DNA from: the human T2T-CHM13v2.0 reference genome, Homo sapiens
Assembly: GCF_009914755.1 (NCBI RefSeq)
Contig: NC_060933.1
Reading direction: 5' to 3' (one strand)
DNA: 64,000 nt
This document shows positions 45,901-61,349 of the stretch, in pieces. How positions within the stretch are numbered: the first letter of the stretch is position 1; each line of letters begins with the position of its first letter. The position numbers and the translations under genes are program-made. Under the pieces are notes generated by a model. That model was not told where the DNA came from and did not search any database. It worked only from the letters and a program-made list of their open reading frames with translations.

Positions 45901-46240
45901 AAAAAAGACATAATTTCTGTAAGCTGTATCACAGAAGGCTCTAGAAGGGGCAGCTTTTGGGATAGACTTCAGTGGATGGATGGAATTTCAGAAGGAGAAA
46001 CTTACCAAAGTGTGCATTCAGATAGAAGAAATAGAGTAGGCACGAAGGGCATGAAGACAGGATGTATCTAGGTAACAACAATTGGGATAAATTTGCAGGA
46101 GCAAGGAATGCACACAGAAGAGATGATGTAGATAAAATAAATCTGGAACTTTGTCCTGAAATATGTTGAGCCAGGGAGTTACCCTATCAAAGTTAGCTAT
46201 GCATTTGGATGCTTAACTGTTGATGGTGACTAGTATGTAT

Positions 46241-46484
46241 CGGTGGTTCTCAACTAGAGGTTAGTCTTGCTTGCCCTCTGCCCAGGGATGTTTGGCAAGA
46301 TCTGAAGTCACTTTTGGTTGTCACATATCAGTAGGGAGAGGAAGTAGATAATCTGAGATGTGGTTGTTACATCTCAGTAGGGGGAGGAAGTGGACTTTTC
46401 CACTGCTACATGTCCCATTGTGCATCCAATAACAAAGAATTATCTGGCTCCAAGTATCAGTAGTGCCAAGGCTGAGAAACCCTG
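46241..46484. mobile_element. MER20-like hAT DNA transposon
   Basis: gtggttctcaac...acaaagaattatctggc...gccaaggctgagaaaccctg. Confidence 0.75.
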
Positions 46485-46980
46485 CAATGGATTAAAGGAG
46501 GAATTGACTGCTGAAAGGGGAAACAAGGGTTAAAACAGTATTGGAAGGGTCTAGCCAAGAGAAAGGAGGATCTCTACAGGGCAGTGGTGGTAAAAATGGA
46601 AGAGGAGAGACAGCTGTACTGAATATTTAAAGGTAGAATTGACAAAAATTTGGCAACAAATTCTTTGTGGTGAGGAGGAAGGAAAGAATAAAAAGAAAAT
46701 CCAAGGCTTTGAACTGGTTTTGCTGGGAGAATGATTTGTCTAATCACAGAAGTGAAAAAGGCAGCAAGAACAAAAACTATATATCCTTTCGATGGGAAAA
46801 AACTATATATCCTTTTGTCTAACAACATTGATATAAAGCTGGGTTCAGATCCCAGCTTTTCCACTTACTATTTGTATGGTTTAGAAAAATTTCTTTAGTT
46901 CCATGGGGTTATTTTCTCATTAGTAAAATAGTGATAATATCATCTCCCTTACTGGTCACCATTAAAGTAAAATCAGATCA

Positions 46981-47451
46981 TGTTCATTCAGGGAAGTTCT
47001 CTAGGTGATCTTAGACTAACCGAGTTCTCCCCACTTTCTCCCTTGTATTTCTCAAGAATAACTGTGTAATGTTCTGGGAATGCAACACTGTGAGACAGGG
47101 AAGAACTGACCTTAACAGTCAGCTCTGTTCCTGTACCCCTGAGAGACAAGACGTCCGTCAGTGCTTTAGCTCAGCAATTCACAGTGTCACAGAGTATAAA
47201 ACCCATGTGGGCTACTTTCCAGAGTCTTTCAGCTGTGGTACAAGTGGCGAATGCACAGATGAGACTTCATTCACCTCAGGCAACTTTTCTGAGCCTTGGA
47301 GGACTGTTTTTTCATGAGCCTCTAGGTTTCCGTTGTCTCCTGCTGCTTACTCTAAGTAATCCATTTCATGTAATTTGTTGTGTCTGTGGGTGTTTTGTCT
47401 CATATCACTCAAGGCAAGGTGGTAACCAGTGCACAGTGGATCTTCTTTACA
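46981..47451 (+). mobile_element. Solo ERVL-class LTR (LTR53-like)
   Basis: TG...CA ends, TATAAAA at ~47195, ctcaagaataactgt...gggaatgcaaca motif. Confidence 0.55.
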
Positions 47452-48806
47452 GTCCATAGAACACATTGCCAGGCACATAATTTTGCTCCATAAATGGAGC
47501 TATTATTCTGCCTCTGCTGCTCTTATCTCTTATTGTCCAGCCTGGGGAGATGTCAAATGTGCTTGAGAAAAATCTTAATGACAGCTCCTTTGATAAACAC
47601 TGATGCTCAATAAAATCAAAGCTACCAGTTGCAGTGATTTGAAAGACATTTTGGCAAAATTCTTTCATTTGGAAATTCTACTGTGGTTTTGGACTCAAGG
47701 AACAATGTGGAAGTGGTCCCATTTGTTGTGTTTATGACCTTTAAGTTAATTAAGATGTTAATCCTTGACAATAGCAATTCTAACTGAAGAACTGAAGACC
47801 AGGTGGTCTTGAAGAAACTTAAGACCCGACTTGCATGGCTTAATGATAGGAGAAGATTGATTAATGTATATTAAGTACTTGCCCTATACAAACAAATTGT
47901 GAGAAACAAAGTACCCAGTGCCTTGTTTGCACTGTGAATGACAAGTAATAATTTAATCACAAATATCTTGTTGTGGTCAATGAGAAGCAAAAATAGACTT
48001 AACATCACTTGAAAAGTAATTTGACTTAACTTTGTTTTTTGAAAATCTGATAGACTTGAAAGTTTGTCTTTGATATCACTATATTAGAATATATTGCTAT
48101 ATTAAAATTATTTTTATTTAAAATATGTAATGTATACTACTTTTTTGTCTTTCTAGTTGACTACTGTTATTTTTGAATGAAAATGTGCTATTATTTTCTA
48201 TTCTGTTATACATCTGTGTATTTCTGTGTCTGTAAGTGGAAGAATGCATCTCACCAAGGAAACTTAGACTCTCTCTTTGAGAGTTTTACAGGTGCCCTCT
48301 ATCAAATGACCTGGGTATAGTCACAGTACATTCAGTAGACATGATGATTAGGGTGACATGGATTTCTGAGCATTTGGATTAGGTGGCTCTTTTTCAAATT
48401 CTGAATGTGTTGCCTTCATATTATCATCTTCCTCCTGCCACCATTCTCTAAGATTTCTTGCATTTATTTATTTTATTGTAGAGTGCTTTTATCTGAAGAT
48501 TTTTTTCAGGTGCTAGACAGAAATGGGTATTTATTATAATAAAACAGAGACATTACCAAGTGGGAAAAAAGACCAGAAGAAAAGAAGTAGGTGGGGAAGG
48601 GCAGCAACAGGTGAAAGAATTGCAAGGTAGATGAAAGGGAAGAATGAGTGAGAGGAAGACAAACAGCTAAGTTGTTGGTTGCAAGTCCCTGTTACCTCCG
48701 AGACAGACCAAACAGGTTCTGGGGGTGTTGAGGTTGATTTTGCAGATCTTGTCAGTTCTGAGAGCAGAGCAGCACTTCTTTTTCAGCTTCATCATCTTTT
48801 AATATT

Positions 48807-48808
<2 letters not shown>

Positions 48809-48848
<40 letters not shown>
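48809..48848. repeat. (TG)~20 microsatellite
   Basis: Directly visible. Confidence 0.97.
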
Positions 48849-48849
<1 letters not shown>

Positions 48850-48920
48850 TTCTTTAATTATTGTTTAATTGAGCACAAAGAGTACTTGCAAAGGTGTGGC
48901 TTGAAGTAGTAACTAAATTA

Positions 48921-49254
48921 TAGTCATGCATCACTAAAGACAAGAATATCTTATAAGAACCATGTTGTTAGGTGATTTCATTATTGTACAAACATCATAG
49001 AGTGTACTTAAACAAACCTAGATGATGCTATACACCTAGGCTATGTATTCTATTGTCTCTAGGCTACAAACCTGTACAGCATATTACTGTACTGAACACT
49101 GTGGGCAGTTGTAACACAATGGTTAACTATTTGTGTATCTAAACATATCTAAACATAGAAAAGGTACAGTAAAATACAGTATCATAATCCTATAGGATCA
49201 CCATTGTATATGCAGCCCATTGTTAACTGAAATGTCATTGTATGGCACATGACT
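48921..49254. mobile_element. Tigger3a/MER7A-like element
   Basis: Homologous to 36905-37574; agtcatgc...cacatgactg ends. Confidence 0.85.
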
Positions 49255-50274
49255 GTAGTAAGAGTTTTTTCATTCTTTCCATAGGTAGATAAAAATTTGT
49301 AAATACAAAGAAATGCTTATTTTCCATTAACAATCCTTAACCATGGGACTAATATTTGTCAAGGCAGACTCTTACTTAGAACTTGGAAAATATTGTTTGC
49401 CATTTCTTCCTAAAAATCTTCTACAAAAGGTAACACATTCTCTTTGTTACAAAACATCATTTCCTTTGCAATGCCTGTGATGCAGTTCAATACTGTGTCC
49501 AATGTGGCATATCATAGATACTTAATAAATATTTTTTGCATACATAAACGAATTAATTCAAAATTAGATTTGTAGAGTTGCCAAGGCAGTCATCTCCCAA
49601 TATTTTAAGCTTTCATGGAAACAATTCTTGGTTGTATACTAACATATCTGAGTGTCTATATATGCATATATATGCACATTTATGCATATGTATTCCTATA
49701 ATTATATGCATGCACACACATATTCTGGACTTCTTTTGAAAGGTTTATGTGTGATGATACACTGTATATAAAGTGTATCTTATGTTGCTATCCTTTCAAG
49801 ACATGTATACCAACTGTACATATGTTGCACCATATGGCAGAACTTCAATGCCCATCTCTCAGCCTTATTCTTAGAGTCACTGAAGAGATGCCTCTTGAGA
49901 TAAGACAGCCTTAAAATAGGTCAGAGACTTCAGATGTCAATTTTTTTCAATGGTAAATGACATCATGAGGAAACAGCTAAAACAGGGAAATACCCTTGCT
50001 AAATAAGCTAGCTTCCATATGCAGAATGCAAGCTATTGAGGCTCCTTTTTCCTGGCATACTGCTTTTGCAAATACTGCACCTATCACTTCTTTCTTTGGT
50101 TGCTGTGACCCAAGGATTGATGCATTTAAAGCTCCTACAATCATAGAAGACATGAACTTGAAAAGTCCACAAAGTACTAGTTTTGGTAGCTACATAATGT
50201 TGGGCAAATCGATTGAATAGACAGTATATTTTGTCTTCAGTACAAGCAAATTAAGAGCAAAGTGTGTTTATGAA

Positions 50275-50572
50275 TTTTTTTTTTTTTTTTGAGATGGAGT
50301 TTCTCTCTGTCGCCAGGCTAGAGTGCAGTGGTGCAATCCCGGCCGGCTCACTGCAACCTCTGCCTCCCAGGTTCAAGCAATTCTCCCACCTCAGCCTCCC
50401 AAGTAACTGAGACTACAGGCATGCACCACCATGCCCAGCTAATTTTTTATTTTTAGTAGAAATGGGGTTTCACCATGTTGGCCAGGATGGTCTCGATCTC
50501 TTGACCTCGTGATCTGCCTGCCTCAGCCTCCCAAAGTGCTGGGATTACAGGCATCAGCCACTGCGCATGGCC
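50275..50572 (-). mobile_element. AluSc element
   Basis: ctgtcgccagg and gatctcttgacctcgtgatc diagnostics; poly(T). Confidence 0.92.
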
Positions 50573-51249
50573 TGTGAATATTTTAATATCATTATTCTAA
50601 TCCATATTGCAAGAAAACCAAGCTTTAAAAAACCCATGCTAAGTGGCTACTCACTAATTCATTTATTAAAATAATCATCTAGCATAATATACCTACCACC
50701 GATAATGTGCTGCAGGCTGTGTGTTTTATTCCATTTTCACAACCACCTTACTATTTAGGTACTATTATTTTAATTTTATAGATGAGTAAACTAAAGCTGA
50801 AGAACATTAGTAATTTACCTAAGCTCACTCAGCTAGTAAGAGGCAGAGATGGTTTTCAATATTTTTTAATGAATAGATGAATGAAATAATAAACTTGCTT
50901 GAAAGCATCTTCCAGTTTGTCTGATTCTTAAACCTATAATGTCTGTCTGATACATTGTACTGACTCAAAATAAATAACTTCTCTTTCGTATGCTAATAAG
51001 CAGGAGGAGAAGAAATTGTCAATTTAAAGATCCCATTATAAATTGTAAGGGCATGGCTTTTGACAGGCCCTTATCATATCGTATTTGATCTCATTAGATA
51101 TTCAAAACTACCATACAGGGAAGACTTAGTATCCTCAGGTATAGATGAGCAAAGTATAACTCACTGAAGCTTACATTGTGTCTAGGCTTGCACAGCTAGG
51201 ACATGCATTATATAATTAATAATCAAACTAATGTTTGTCTTGTCAGCTT

Positions 51250-53190
51250 TTTAGTGCACCATTCATAAATATGAACAGTATCCAGTAAATACCAAACATT
51301 TGAAGAAAGGGTCTACAATAGAAGAGAGATCAAAACAAATGAATAGAACAAAGGAACTTAGAAGAAATGTCAGGTGAAGAAGAAAATTTTAATCAAACAA
51401 TTCTATAGCTATTTCATCTATAAATACTAGGGATATGTTTACTCAGAATCTCTGTTGTGTAATACTTGTCATCCAAGGCTGTACTCCCCTGTGAGAAGGT
51501 TCTGGGAAGGTTCCTGAGATGCCTACGTCCTTCCATACCAATATTCCATTCTTGTGTGCTTTGTGTAAACTGGCTTTGTAAGTTTCCAAACACTTTGCCA
51601 TCAAAAAACGTTTACATCCTCTAATTGTGATTCTTTGTATATTTTCATCTATTCATGTTTTATTGTAACTTCCATGCTGGTTGGAAGTTAGAAGATAAAG
51701 TTAAAAAAAACACTATCCTCAAAAATAGAACCAATATGCTCAGAGATGGGAAAAGGGAGTAAAAAGATAGGATGAATTATAGAGGTCTTGAGTAGTAGGA
51801 ATTCCAGAAAAGAAGATCATATTGGAGACAATTAGCCAAAAAATTATTCCAAAAAAATGCCCCAGAAATGATAGCCATACATTTTGATATTGAAAGAATC
51901 TATTGATTCTCCAATACATTGGTAGAAATAAGAACAACAACAATATGCATCATCATAAAATTTCCAGACACTGGAGAAAAAGAGAAAAATCCTGAAGGCT
52001 GCCAGTAAGAATAAATAAGTCACATAGGAAAGATCAAGACTTGGAATAAAATCATATTTCTCAATTAGATTTAGAAGCTCAAAGAAATAAAGATATGGTT
52101 CAAAATTCTGAGGGGAAAATTCTTTCTAACCTAGAATTCTATACCCAGTAAAAGTATCAAAAATATATGTGGATAAAATAAAGTCATTTGAGGTACCTGC
52201 ATGGTCTCAAACAATTGACCTTCAATTCACTTTTTCTTGGTAAGCTATTGAAAGGATGATGGAAAGCAAGAAAGACATGAGAGTGAGGAAAGAAAGGATT
52301 CAACCTAGGAGAGAGGTATGGGGAAATGTCAGGTAATGGCTTTGCAGCAGTTGTACACAATCTCAAGTCCAGATTAAAGCAAGAGAATCAAAATGTATGG
52401 GAGGAATATTTTCAAGAAAACAAAAAAACCGATAGATCACCTGATACAAGACCAGGGGTCAGCAAACTGAGGCTCAGGCCAAATCCAGCCCCCAATCCCT
52501 CTTATTTTTGTAAATAAAGGTTTATTGGACCACAGCCTTGCCCAGTAATTTACACTGCTACAATGGTAGAGTAGAATAGTTGCAACGGAGACCATGTGGC
52601 TCACAAAGCCTAACCTATTTACTCTCCAGTCCTCTATAGAAAAAATTTTCCATCTCTGTATTGGCTATTAAAAAAAGCTTTAACTCTTGGGGATATATTA
52701 ATTATAGATATATGGAAAACAACAACAAAAAACAACAATTATTTACTCCACAGAAAACAAAAAGTTGAACAAGAAAGGCGCTATGAATATTAGTTTAACT
52801 AAAAATTGTGACATAGTTTTACAATAAAAAAAGTGGTGTGTGAGTATGTCTTTTTGGGGTGGATTTGTAAGGAAGCTGAGATCCTACTTCCACATATTTG
52901 TTCCACAAATTGAAAGATAATGTATGCCACAAATTGAAAGATAATGTATGCCATAAAAACAGATTTTTTTTCTGTTTTTTTATAATAGAAAAACATCAAG
53001 AAAAGGGCAGTAAGAATGTTATTTAAAAATATGGAGGTAAATTTCAGAAGAAAATGCCGAAAATGTTTGCCTTTGGAAAACGAGAATCAAGGGTGAGAAT
53101 GGGTAGGTCAGGGAAAACTTTTTAAAATACCTTGTAGTAGTATTTGATTATGTAAATCATGAACACATATTACTTTGCTAAAAACAAAGT
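51250..53190 (+). mobile_element. HAL1-like LINE remnant with nested insertions
   Basis: ORF1-like decay (caaaattctgaggggaaaattctttctaacctagaattctatacccag) and a HAL1-like 3' region; approximate limits. Confidence 0.55.
52453..52658. mobile_element. MER58A-like hAT element
   Basis: caggggtcagcaaact...tttttgtaaataaagg...gcaacggagaccatgtggctcacaaagcc. Confidence 0.8.
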
Positions 53191-55492
53191 TAAAAGTGTG
53201 GCAAATATTAGAGAATCATTGAAATGCAGTGAACCTCGATTGTGATGAGTTATTTGAATCTTGGTATATAATTTGTTTTAGAAACATCTGCGTGAGAAGG
53301 GCCCCTCTCATAAAATGAAAACAAAGGACAGAAAGCATTGCTGAGGGCTTAAGGTGTGGATGAAATGACACATTGAAGCTGAAGAATCCCCATGTTGACA
53401 GCATTCAATCCAAGAAAAGCTCCACTGTACACATGTTCTAACATATGGTAAAATTTCAATCTCTTATCTCTTGATATTAGTGTTCATCCTCAGAATCACC
53501 AAGGGACCATTTTGCAGAAGGAAGATCTACTAAAATAAGTCAGGGACTTGGTGGCTAGGAATCAATGCATTTTTTTTTAACATGGAAAAAGCATATGAAT
53601 CAGTACTCTGTAAATAACCAAACAAATACAGTTCCCAAACTCTGAATATATGAGACAATTATTTAAATAACTTGTCACTTTTTATATTTTGAGAATATTG
53701 CATCTGTATTTTTTTTGTGTCTTTCTGTATTTTTGGTTTATGCAGCCAATATTCTTGATCAGAGAGCAGGATCATTCATTTTAGTTTATTTGGTTTTAAA
53801 AAATACAAATGGCTATATTAAAGTGTAAACGCATTAGTCTCACCACAGGTGAAAATTAGTCACCCTCATCTGCCAGGTTTATGGTATTTTACAATGAACT
53901 AGGTCAAAAGGAGATCAGATGTACATAGCTGTGAATTTTTCTGTGTGAAAAATGTATTTAAAAAGTGTGTGTGGGTATAAACCTACATACATACATATAT
54001 ATACATATGAACGTATGTACACATGCATATATACACACTGTCTGTTTATATACAAATGTGTATATAGATATATAATTTTAAGAAAAATATTTTAATAAAT
54101 GGTTTGTTTTATTGTAATATGATGCCATCCTTAATATTTCTGTAAGAAAAATATAATGTTTAAGCAATAAGTCAATGGACAGACAAAAATAACCAATAAA
54201 TTAGCTTTTCTTTTTCTAAGGCCCATAGGATGTTGGTCTAATGCTATGAGCTTACTAAGTAGAAAACAAGTCTAGATTGGAGTCCCTGGAGGACTTTCAA
54301 AAGGTCAGAACAGTACCTGGTTTCCCACATGCCTGTGCCTGGACTTTGCTACTCTGGTAAAATGTCTCTGTAGCAAACAAACTAGCAGTTCAACCTGAAA
54401 TCTGCAGAGTGGATCACAATGGTATTCACCAGAGTGAATGTTGTTCTTACTTCTTATCTTGTTCCACACTTCCAAAGGGCTCATCCAAGCGTTGATTTAC
54501 AGGGACAGTTTGTGATTTGTTCCAGATTAGCTTTTTTTTTTTCTTGACAGAGTGATCCAAAAGAGAGAGCTTCACATACAATATCCTATGCCTACTTTCT
54601 CAGCTCAGAGAGAGAGGCTCAGTCATTCATAAACTGGAGCAACATTCATGTACTGCGGACCACTTTGAAAGACTTATCTGTCTCCTGTTTACAGATGTGT
54701 ACAGCAAGCTGCAAAGCACTGCCTGTCCTTTTACTCACAATCAATTGCAGAGAACATGAAGTACAGAAGACAACAGCTTTTTTTTTCTTTTGGAAAATCC
54801 CTTAAGTCCTTTCCGTGCTGTGCTATCATTGTTCAGGTGCTAAAGTGAAATAAATGTGTCGTCTAATCACTAAGGTGTCATGAACTCAAAAATTTAACTG
54901 GCAGTGAAGAGTCAGGGAACATTGTAATTTTGCCTTGTCACAGGAATACTAGTTCAAAAGTGGGAGGAATGTATTTGCCAATATGGTCTACATCTTCAAA
55001 TGCACATTGTTTACTCAAACTTCATAGGCACATGTTCAATGAAGGGCATAAAAAAGACATTTACAAAGCTCATTGAAAGCTGGCATTAGGAAGCCCTGCC
55101 ACAGAATAAAGGACCTATTAATCATATTGGTGATCATAGTGCTTTCTGCACAAGGACAACTGATGATTTGACTGAAGTCCAGGGTAAAGAGCAGAAAACA
55201 TTAAGCTTGCTAGAGACTTAGCTGCAAGTCCTGCTCACTGCTCCAGGGTGGAAGGAGTCTTGGAGTGTTACCTGAAGCTTTGTTTACCTGGGGTACATAA
55301 TTGAATATTCCTGTTCAATAACTTGTTGATTTAATTAAGCAACAGACCTGACACTTTAATTAATCAATTATTTACTGGGCATCCATAGCATGAGTGAGTG
55401 GGTGATGGTATAGTGGATTGAAATAGATCTCTGTCCTAATTTTTTAAGTCCTTTTTTCCTCATAGCAATCAGGGCATTAAAATAGTAACAAA

Positions 55493-55783
<291 letters not shown>

Positions 55784-58700
55784 GTTAACAGTAGTTGTGT
55801 CCACTCAATGCAAGTGTTTCACCTTAACAATATGTGCATTTTTTAAATTTGGAAATTTAGAAGAGTAGCAAAAGACCACCTGGAGAATGAAGCCCACATT
55901 TGTAAAATGATCTTGGTCTACTTTGCCAACAGGAAAGTTAGATGCAAATGTTTGTCTTGAAATTCAGAATATACACAATGTGATTTGTATGAACTAGGCA
56001 TTCTTCATATCAGGGAGCTGGTGAAATTTTGAGACCACTAATGAGAACATGTGTGGGCCTGGTGCTCATCCCAGGCCTGGTCTAAACTCACTTCTTGAGC
56101 CATCACTCTGCTTTTATCCACTTTATCGGCTCATGTGTCACACCCTGGACAATGTTGGAAAGGGCCATCAGCAAAGTTAATAAGATGCTTCCTCTCTCTG
56201 TGAGCAACTGCTCAGAGCAAGCACTTTCTGGTTCATTTACATCAAACTGTAACTGCATTTCTCCCGTGATCACTAGTTTTATTCTTGAGAATCCATGTAA
56301 CATAAAAAGAGCAAAGGGAAGGTGTCTTATGAATACCTTCAAATGCTAGGAATTCTTACTGTTCTTAGAATGAGAATATAATCTATTTGGTATTGGGTGA
56401 CTCTGCCTCACGACACATGCTCATTAAGTCTTTGGTGGATGAGTGGATGAATGGTTCTTAGCAGATGACTCACTTTCCTTTTGGCTGTTTTCTTTTTCAC
56501 TAAGACATCTCCTCTGCTCTCTGTGAAGACCAAAGGCCTCATCTTGAAGCTTCCTGCTTCCCTTGGGCCTCTATCATTTACATATTCCATGCTCTATTCA
56601 TAAGCACTATACTGGATAACTTGAAGAGCTTGGGGAAAAAGTGTCTAAATCATGATCCTGGTCAGTCTTCAAGATATTCTGAATGTGTCAGGAAAGCAAA
56701 CCTCACATGACAAAGCAATGAGAAATTAGGCACTGGATTAAAGACTTATCTTTCAATGGCATGCAGAGTGGATGGAGTGGAGAGCTCTGAAAAGCAGGAC
56801 ATCTAATTAGGAGGGCCTAAGTTGAACAGACCTAGTCTGGGAGGGGGACTTCGGAACAAAAAGGGAGTGAGTGTTTGGTTCAATCAAGCAGGTGACCACT
56901 AGTAGCTGTGATTTTTTTTTTTTTTTTTTTTTTTTGGCATTTTAGACTTTTCTCTGCTAAAGAGGTTGGCAACCTTTCAACGGTCCCAGGTTGTAAGAAG
57001 GTGGTCCCCTCTTCTCCAGTGTTTTTATACATCATAGAGCTACAGAATTGTTCCATTAAAAGCCTATCTCTAATCATGAAATTTGCATGTGGAAAGCACT
57101 TAGCTCATCTGGAAGGAACTCTGAGGGCTAGAGTGTGCACTTAGCAGGTTAGGCAATCATGAGCTTAAAGAATTATGTTCAGTTGCAGTAGGCCGATTTG
57201 AGTGCACTTCTGGAAAATAATTTAAATATTCAAACTTAGACTAAGATATTCCCTTCTTAAACCTTGTGCCTAGCAAGAATTCTCAGTTCTGAGGTCCCCT
57301 GCATGATCATAAGCTAAAGCACCTAACAAGTAGTGAGAGGTTGTGGAAGGAGGTACTGAAAATGATCTCTTTCTTGAGCATTTCACGGACCTTGAGCCAG
57401 CTCAACATGCAGCCCTTCTGGAATTTTCCCTCTTAGGTTGAACACTGGGCTTAGAGACGGATTTTGAGTCTGTTATACTGTAATTCTATTTGGGCCTTAT
57501 AAACTGCTTTATTTTAAGCCTGCTTGAAAGCAGTGCAGTGCAAGCAGATTATTCATTTGCTAGCTGCACCTCGCTGAATTTCGTTTTATAAAGAGTTCTG
57601 GGTTCACCTTCTGTGGGGTGTTTCATTTTTCATAAACGAAAGGCACAAGAAAAGAAATGTGACTACCTGAGAATGTGAAAAGCACCACAAGTGGATTCTG
57701 CAGATGAGCTAGAAATGACAGGTGAACATTGTGTCTTAAAGTCACCCCAGGGGATTCTCTCTCTGAAGTGAAGAAAACAGCAGGGTCCATCCTTTCTGAT
57801 TTAGTCTTTGACAGGCTGCTTTTCTGAGTGGCTGCAACGTCCTAAGTGCTGGATTGGGAAAAGGATAACGTCTGAAGGGCACCATTTGCCACTGGCAGGG
57901 GAAAGAAGTGGATCCTGAGAAGCAGCTGAGATGAAATATGCAAAAGATTGAAATTAGGACCATCTCTCAAGAAGCAGTCGTATATTTAACTTTGCAAACG
58001 TCAGAACCTTTACCCTGATGATAATGTTTTTGGAATGAATGAAGAGACTGAATTATAATGTGTCTCTTTGTAGATGTCATTTTAGTTAAGAACTAACACA
58101 CTCTCATAGATATGAACTTTGGGGATTTAGCAACAGGGCTAACACATCTTTAGTAGGCTGGCAAACAGATAGCAGTTATTTTCCAGCTGTTTTAAGCAAA
58201 ACAAACTATCTAATTCTGCCTTTGGAGAAATAGGGAAATAAGACCAAGATTTTTTTCTACAAGTGCTCAGGGAAAATCATGGTTCATACCAAGAAAGTGT
58301 AAAAATGGAGTTTTACATCATTGTTAGAAGTACATATATATAGATTATTTACCTTAACAACAAAAATTCTCAAAAGGACAGAAATGTAGACATCAAAGTG
58401 GCAATGGGAAGATAGCTGTAACTCTAATTTTTCTCTAATTTCTCCTCAAGGGCAATCTAGAGACATCAGACAAATAGATTTGCCCTCTTGATTGTCTTGG
58501 GTCAAGTTTTTGAGACACAACTCCTGTTCCATTTCTTTTTTGTAGATATAAAAGCATTTTTCCTCCAAACTCAGAGTTACATTGATACCTTGAATGAATT
58601 TATTTCCCCCAGGGTGCACGGTTTATTCTTGGAAGATAGTGTACTTAGACTCTTTCAACATAGCTATTAGCTAACTAAGTATTTTATAGGATATGTCTTT

Positions 58701-59375
58701 TTTACCCCATAGTTTTTCTTCAAATGGGAATCAGTGAACTAGATGATATATTTAATTGTGCAGCCAGCAGATGGTCAGGCTGAGATGAGAACATATGGTT
58801 GAATATATTGTGTGGTTCAATCTTCCATTGGCACAGAAGGCATATTCGTCTTAATAGTCCCCTTTAGCACCTGAGTCAAAAGGGTAAAAGATTTCTCTCA
58901 ACTCTAGAAAATCTCTATGGCCATCATTGGAAGAACTTTACTATATCACATCTAAATAAAGATTTAAGTTGGGCATTTAAAAAAAAAACCACTATGTAAG
59001 TTTAGCAAAAAGAGGTTTTTTTCCTTCTTTTAAAAATTAATTTTCTTAAGGTATATTTTACATACTGTACATTCACTAATTTTAGATATTTCAATTTCAG
59101 TGAATTTTGACAAACATATACAGTCATGTAGCACCACTAACATCAAGATATGGAACAGTTTTATTATCCCAAGAAGTGACCTTATTCCCCTTTTCAGTCA
59201 ATTTACTCCCATGATATTTGCATCTAATAACTTATGAAATGTTTTCTGTTACCATAGTTTTGCCTTTTCTAGAATTTTATATAAATGGAATCATACCGTT
59301 TGTAGTCTTTTGAATCTGGCTTCTTTCACAAAACAAAATATTTTTGAGATCCATTCGCGTTATATGTATTGGTAG

Positions 59376-59735
<360 letters not shown>

Positions 59736-60960
59736 GCCAGAAATATTCTATTCTTTCTTATGGCTGAATAATATTCCATTGTATGTATATACTATAATTT
59801 GCTTATTCATTCACTCATTGATGAACATTTGAGTTATTTTCACCTTTTGAATATTATGAATTATGCTGCTACGAGCTTTCATGTGCAAGTATTTGTGTCT
59901 ATGTTTTTAATTCTTTTGGTCATATGCTTAAAAGTGGAAATGCTGGTTATATTGCAATTTTATGTTTAAGTTTTTGAGGAAGCCCCAAACTATTTCCCAC
60001 AGAAGCTGAACCATTGTATATTCCCGTCAGCAATCTAATAGGGTTGCAGTTTCTCCACATGCCTGCCAACACATGTTATTTTCCTTTTTTAAAAAAATTA
60101 CAGCTCTCCTAGTAGATGCAAAGTAGTATTGCATGTGGCTTTGGTTTGCATTCTGCCAATGTTTGCTTCATATATTTTGGGACTGTATTTTTGGTACATG
60201 TTTATAAGTTTTATGTATTCTTCATGTGTTGATATTTTTACCAAATAAATAATGATTTTCTAAATCTTCTCTAACCATTTTTATTCGAAATTGGTTTTGT
60301 CTGATAATATAGGCACCCCAGCACTCTTTTCATTACTACTTGCATGGAATATTTTTTTTCATCCTTTAAAATTTACTCTACTTTGTCTTTGGATCTAAAG
60401 TGAGTCTCTTGTAGACAACATATATTTGAATTATTTATTAAATTTATTCTGCCAGCCTCTGTCTTTTAACTGGTGGGTTTAATCCATTTATGTTTAAAGT
60501 GATTACTGGTAAGGAAATACTTACTTCTGGCATTTTGCTACTTGTTTTTATATGTTTTTCATTTTTTTTTGTTCTTCAGTTATACCAATACTGCCTGGTT
60601 TTGTGTTTAGTTACTCAGTGTATCATTTTTATTCCCTTCTCATTTCCTTTTCTATATACTTCTTAGTTATTTTTTAGTGGTTAGCATGGGGATTAAAGTT
60701 AGCATCCTAAATTTATAACAATCTAGTCTGAATTGATACCAACTTTGCTTCTATATAGCTCTATAAAACTAAATAGCTCTATAAAAACTTTGCTTCTATA
60801 TAGCTCCATTTTTCCCCACCCTCTATGTATTTATTATCATAATTGTACCTTTATACCTATATGCCCATTAACACTAATATATAACTATTGTTTTATGAGT
60901 ATGTCCTTTAAATTATGCACGAAACAAACAAAAAAAGAGTTACCAACCAAAAATACAATA

Positions 60961-61223
<263 letters not shown>

Positions 61224-61349
61224 TGGAGTTTTTATTTCTTCATATAGCTTCAACTTACTATCTAAATTATTTGCATTTTAACCTGAAAGTTTTAGTATTT
61301 CAGGTAGGGCAGGTCTACCCGTAATGAACTTCCTCAACTTTATATAATC

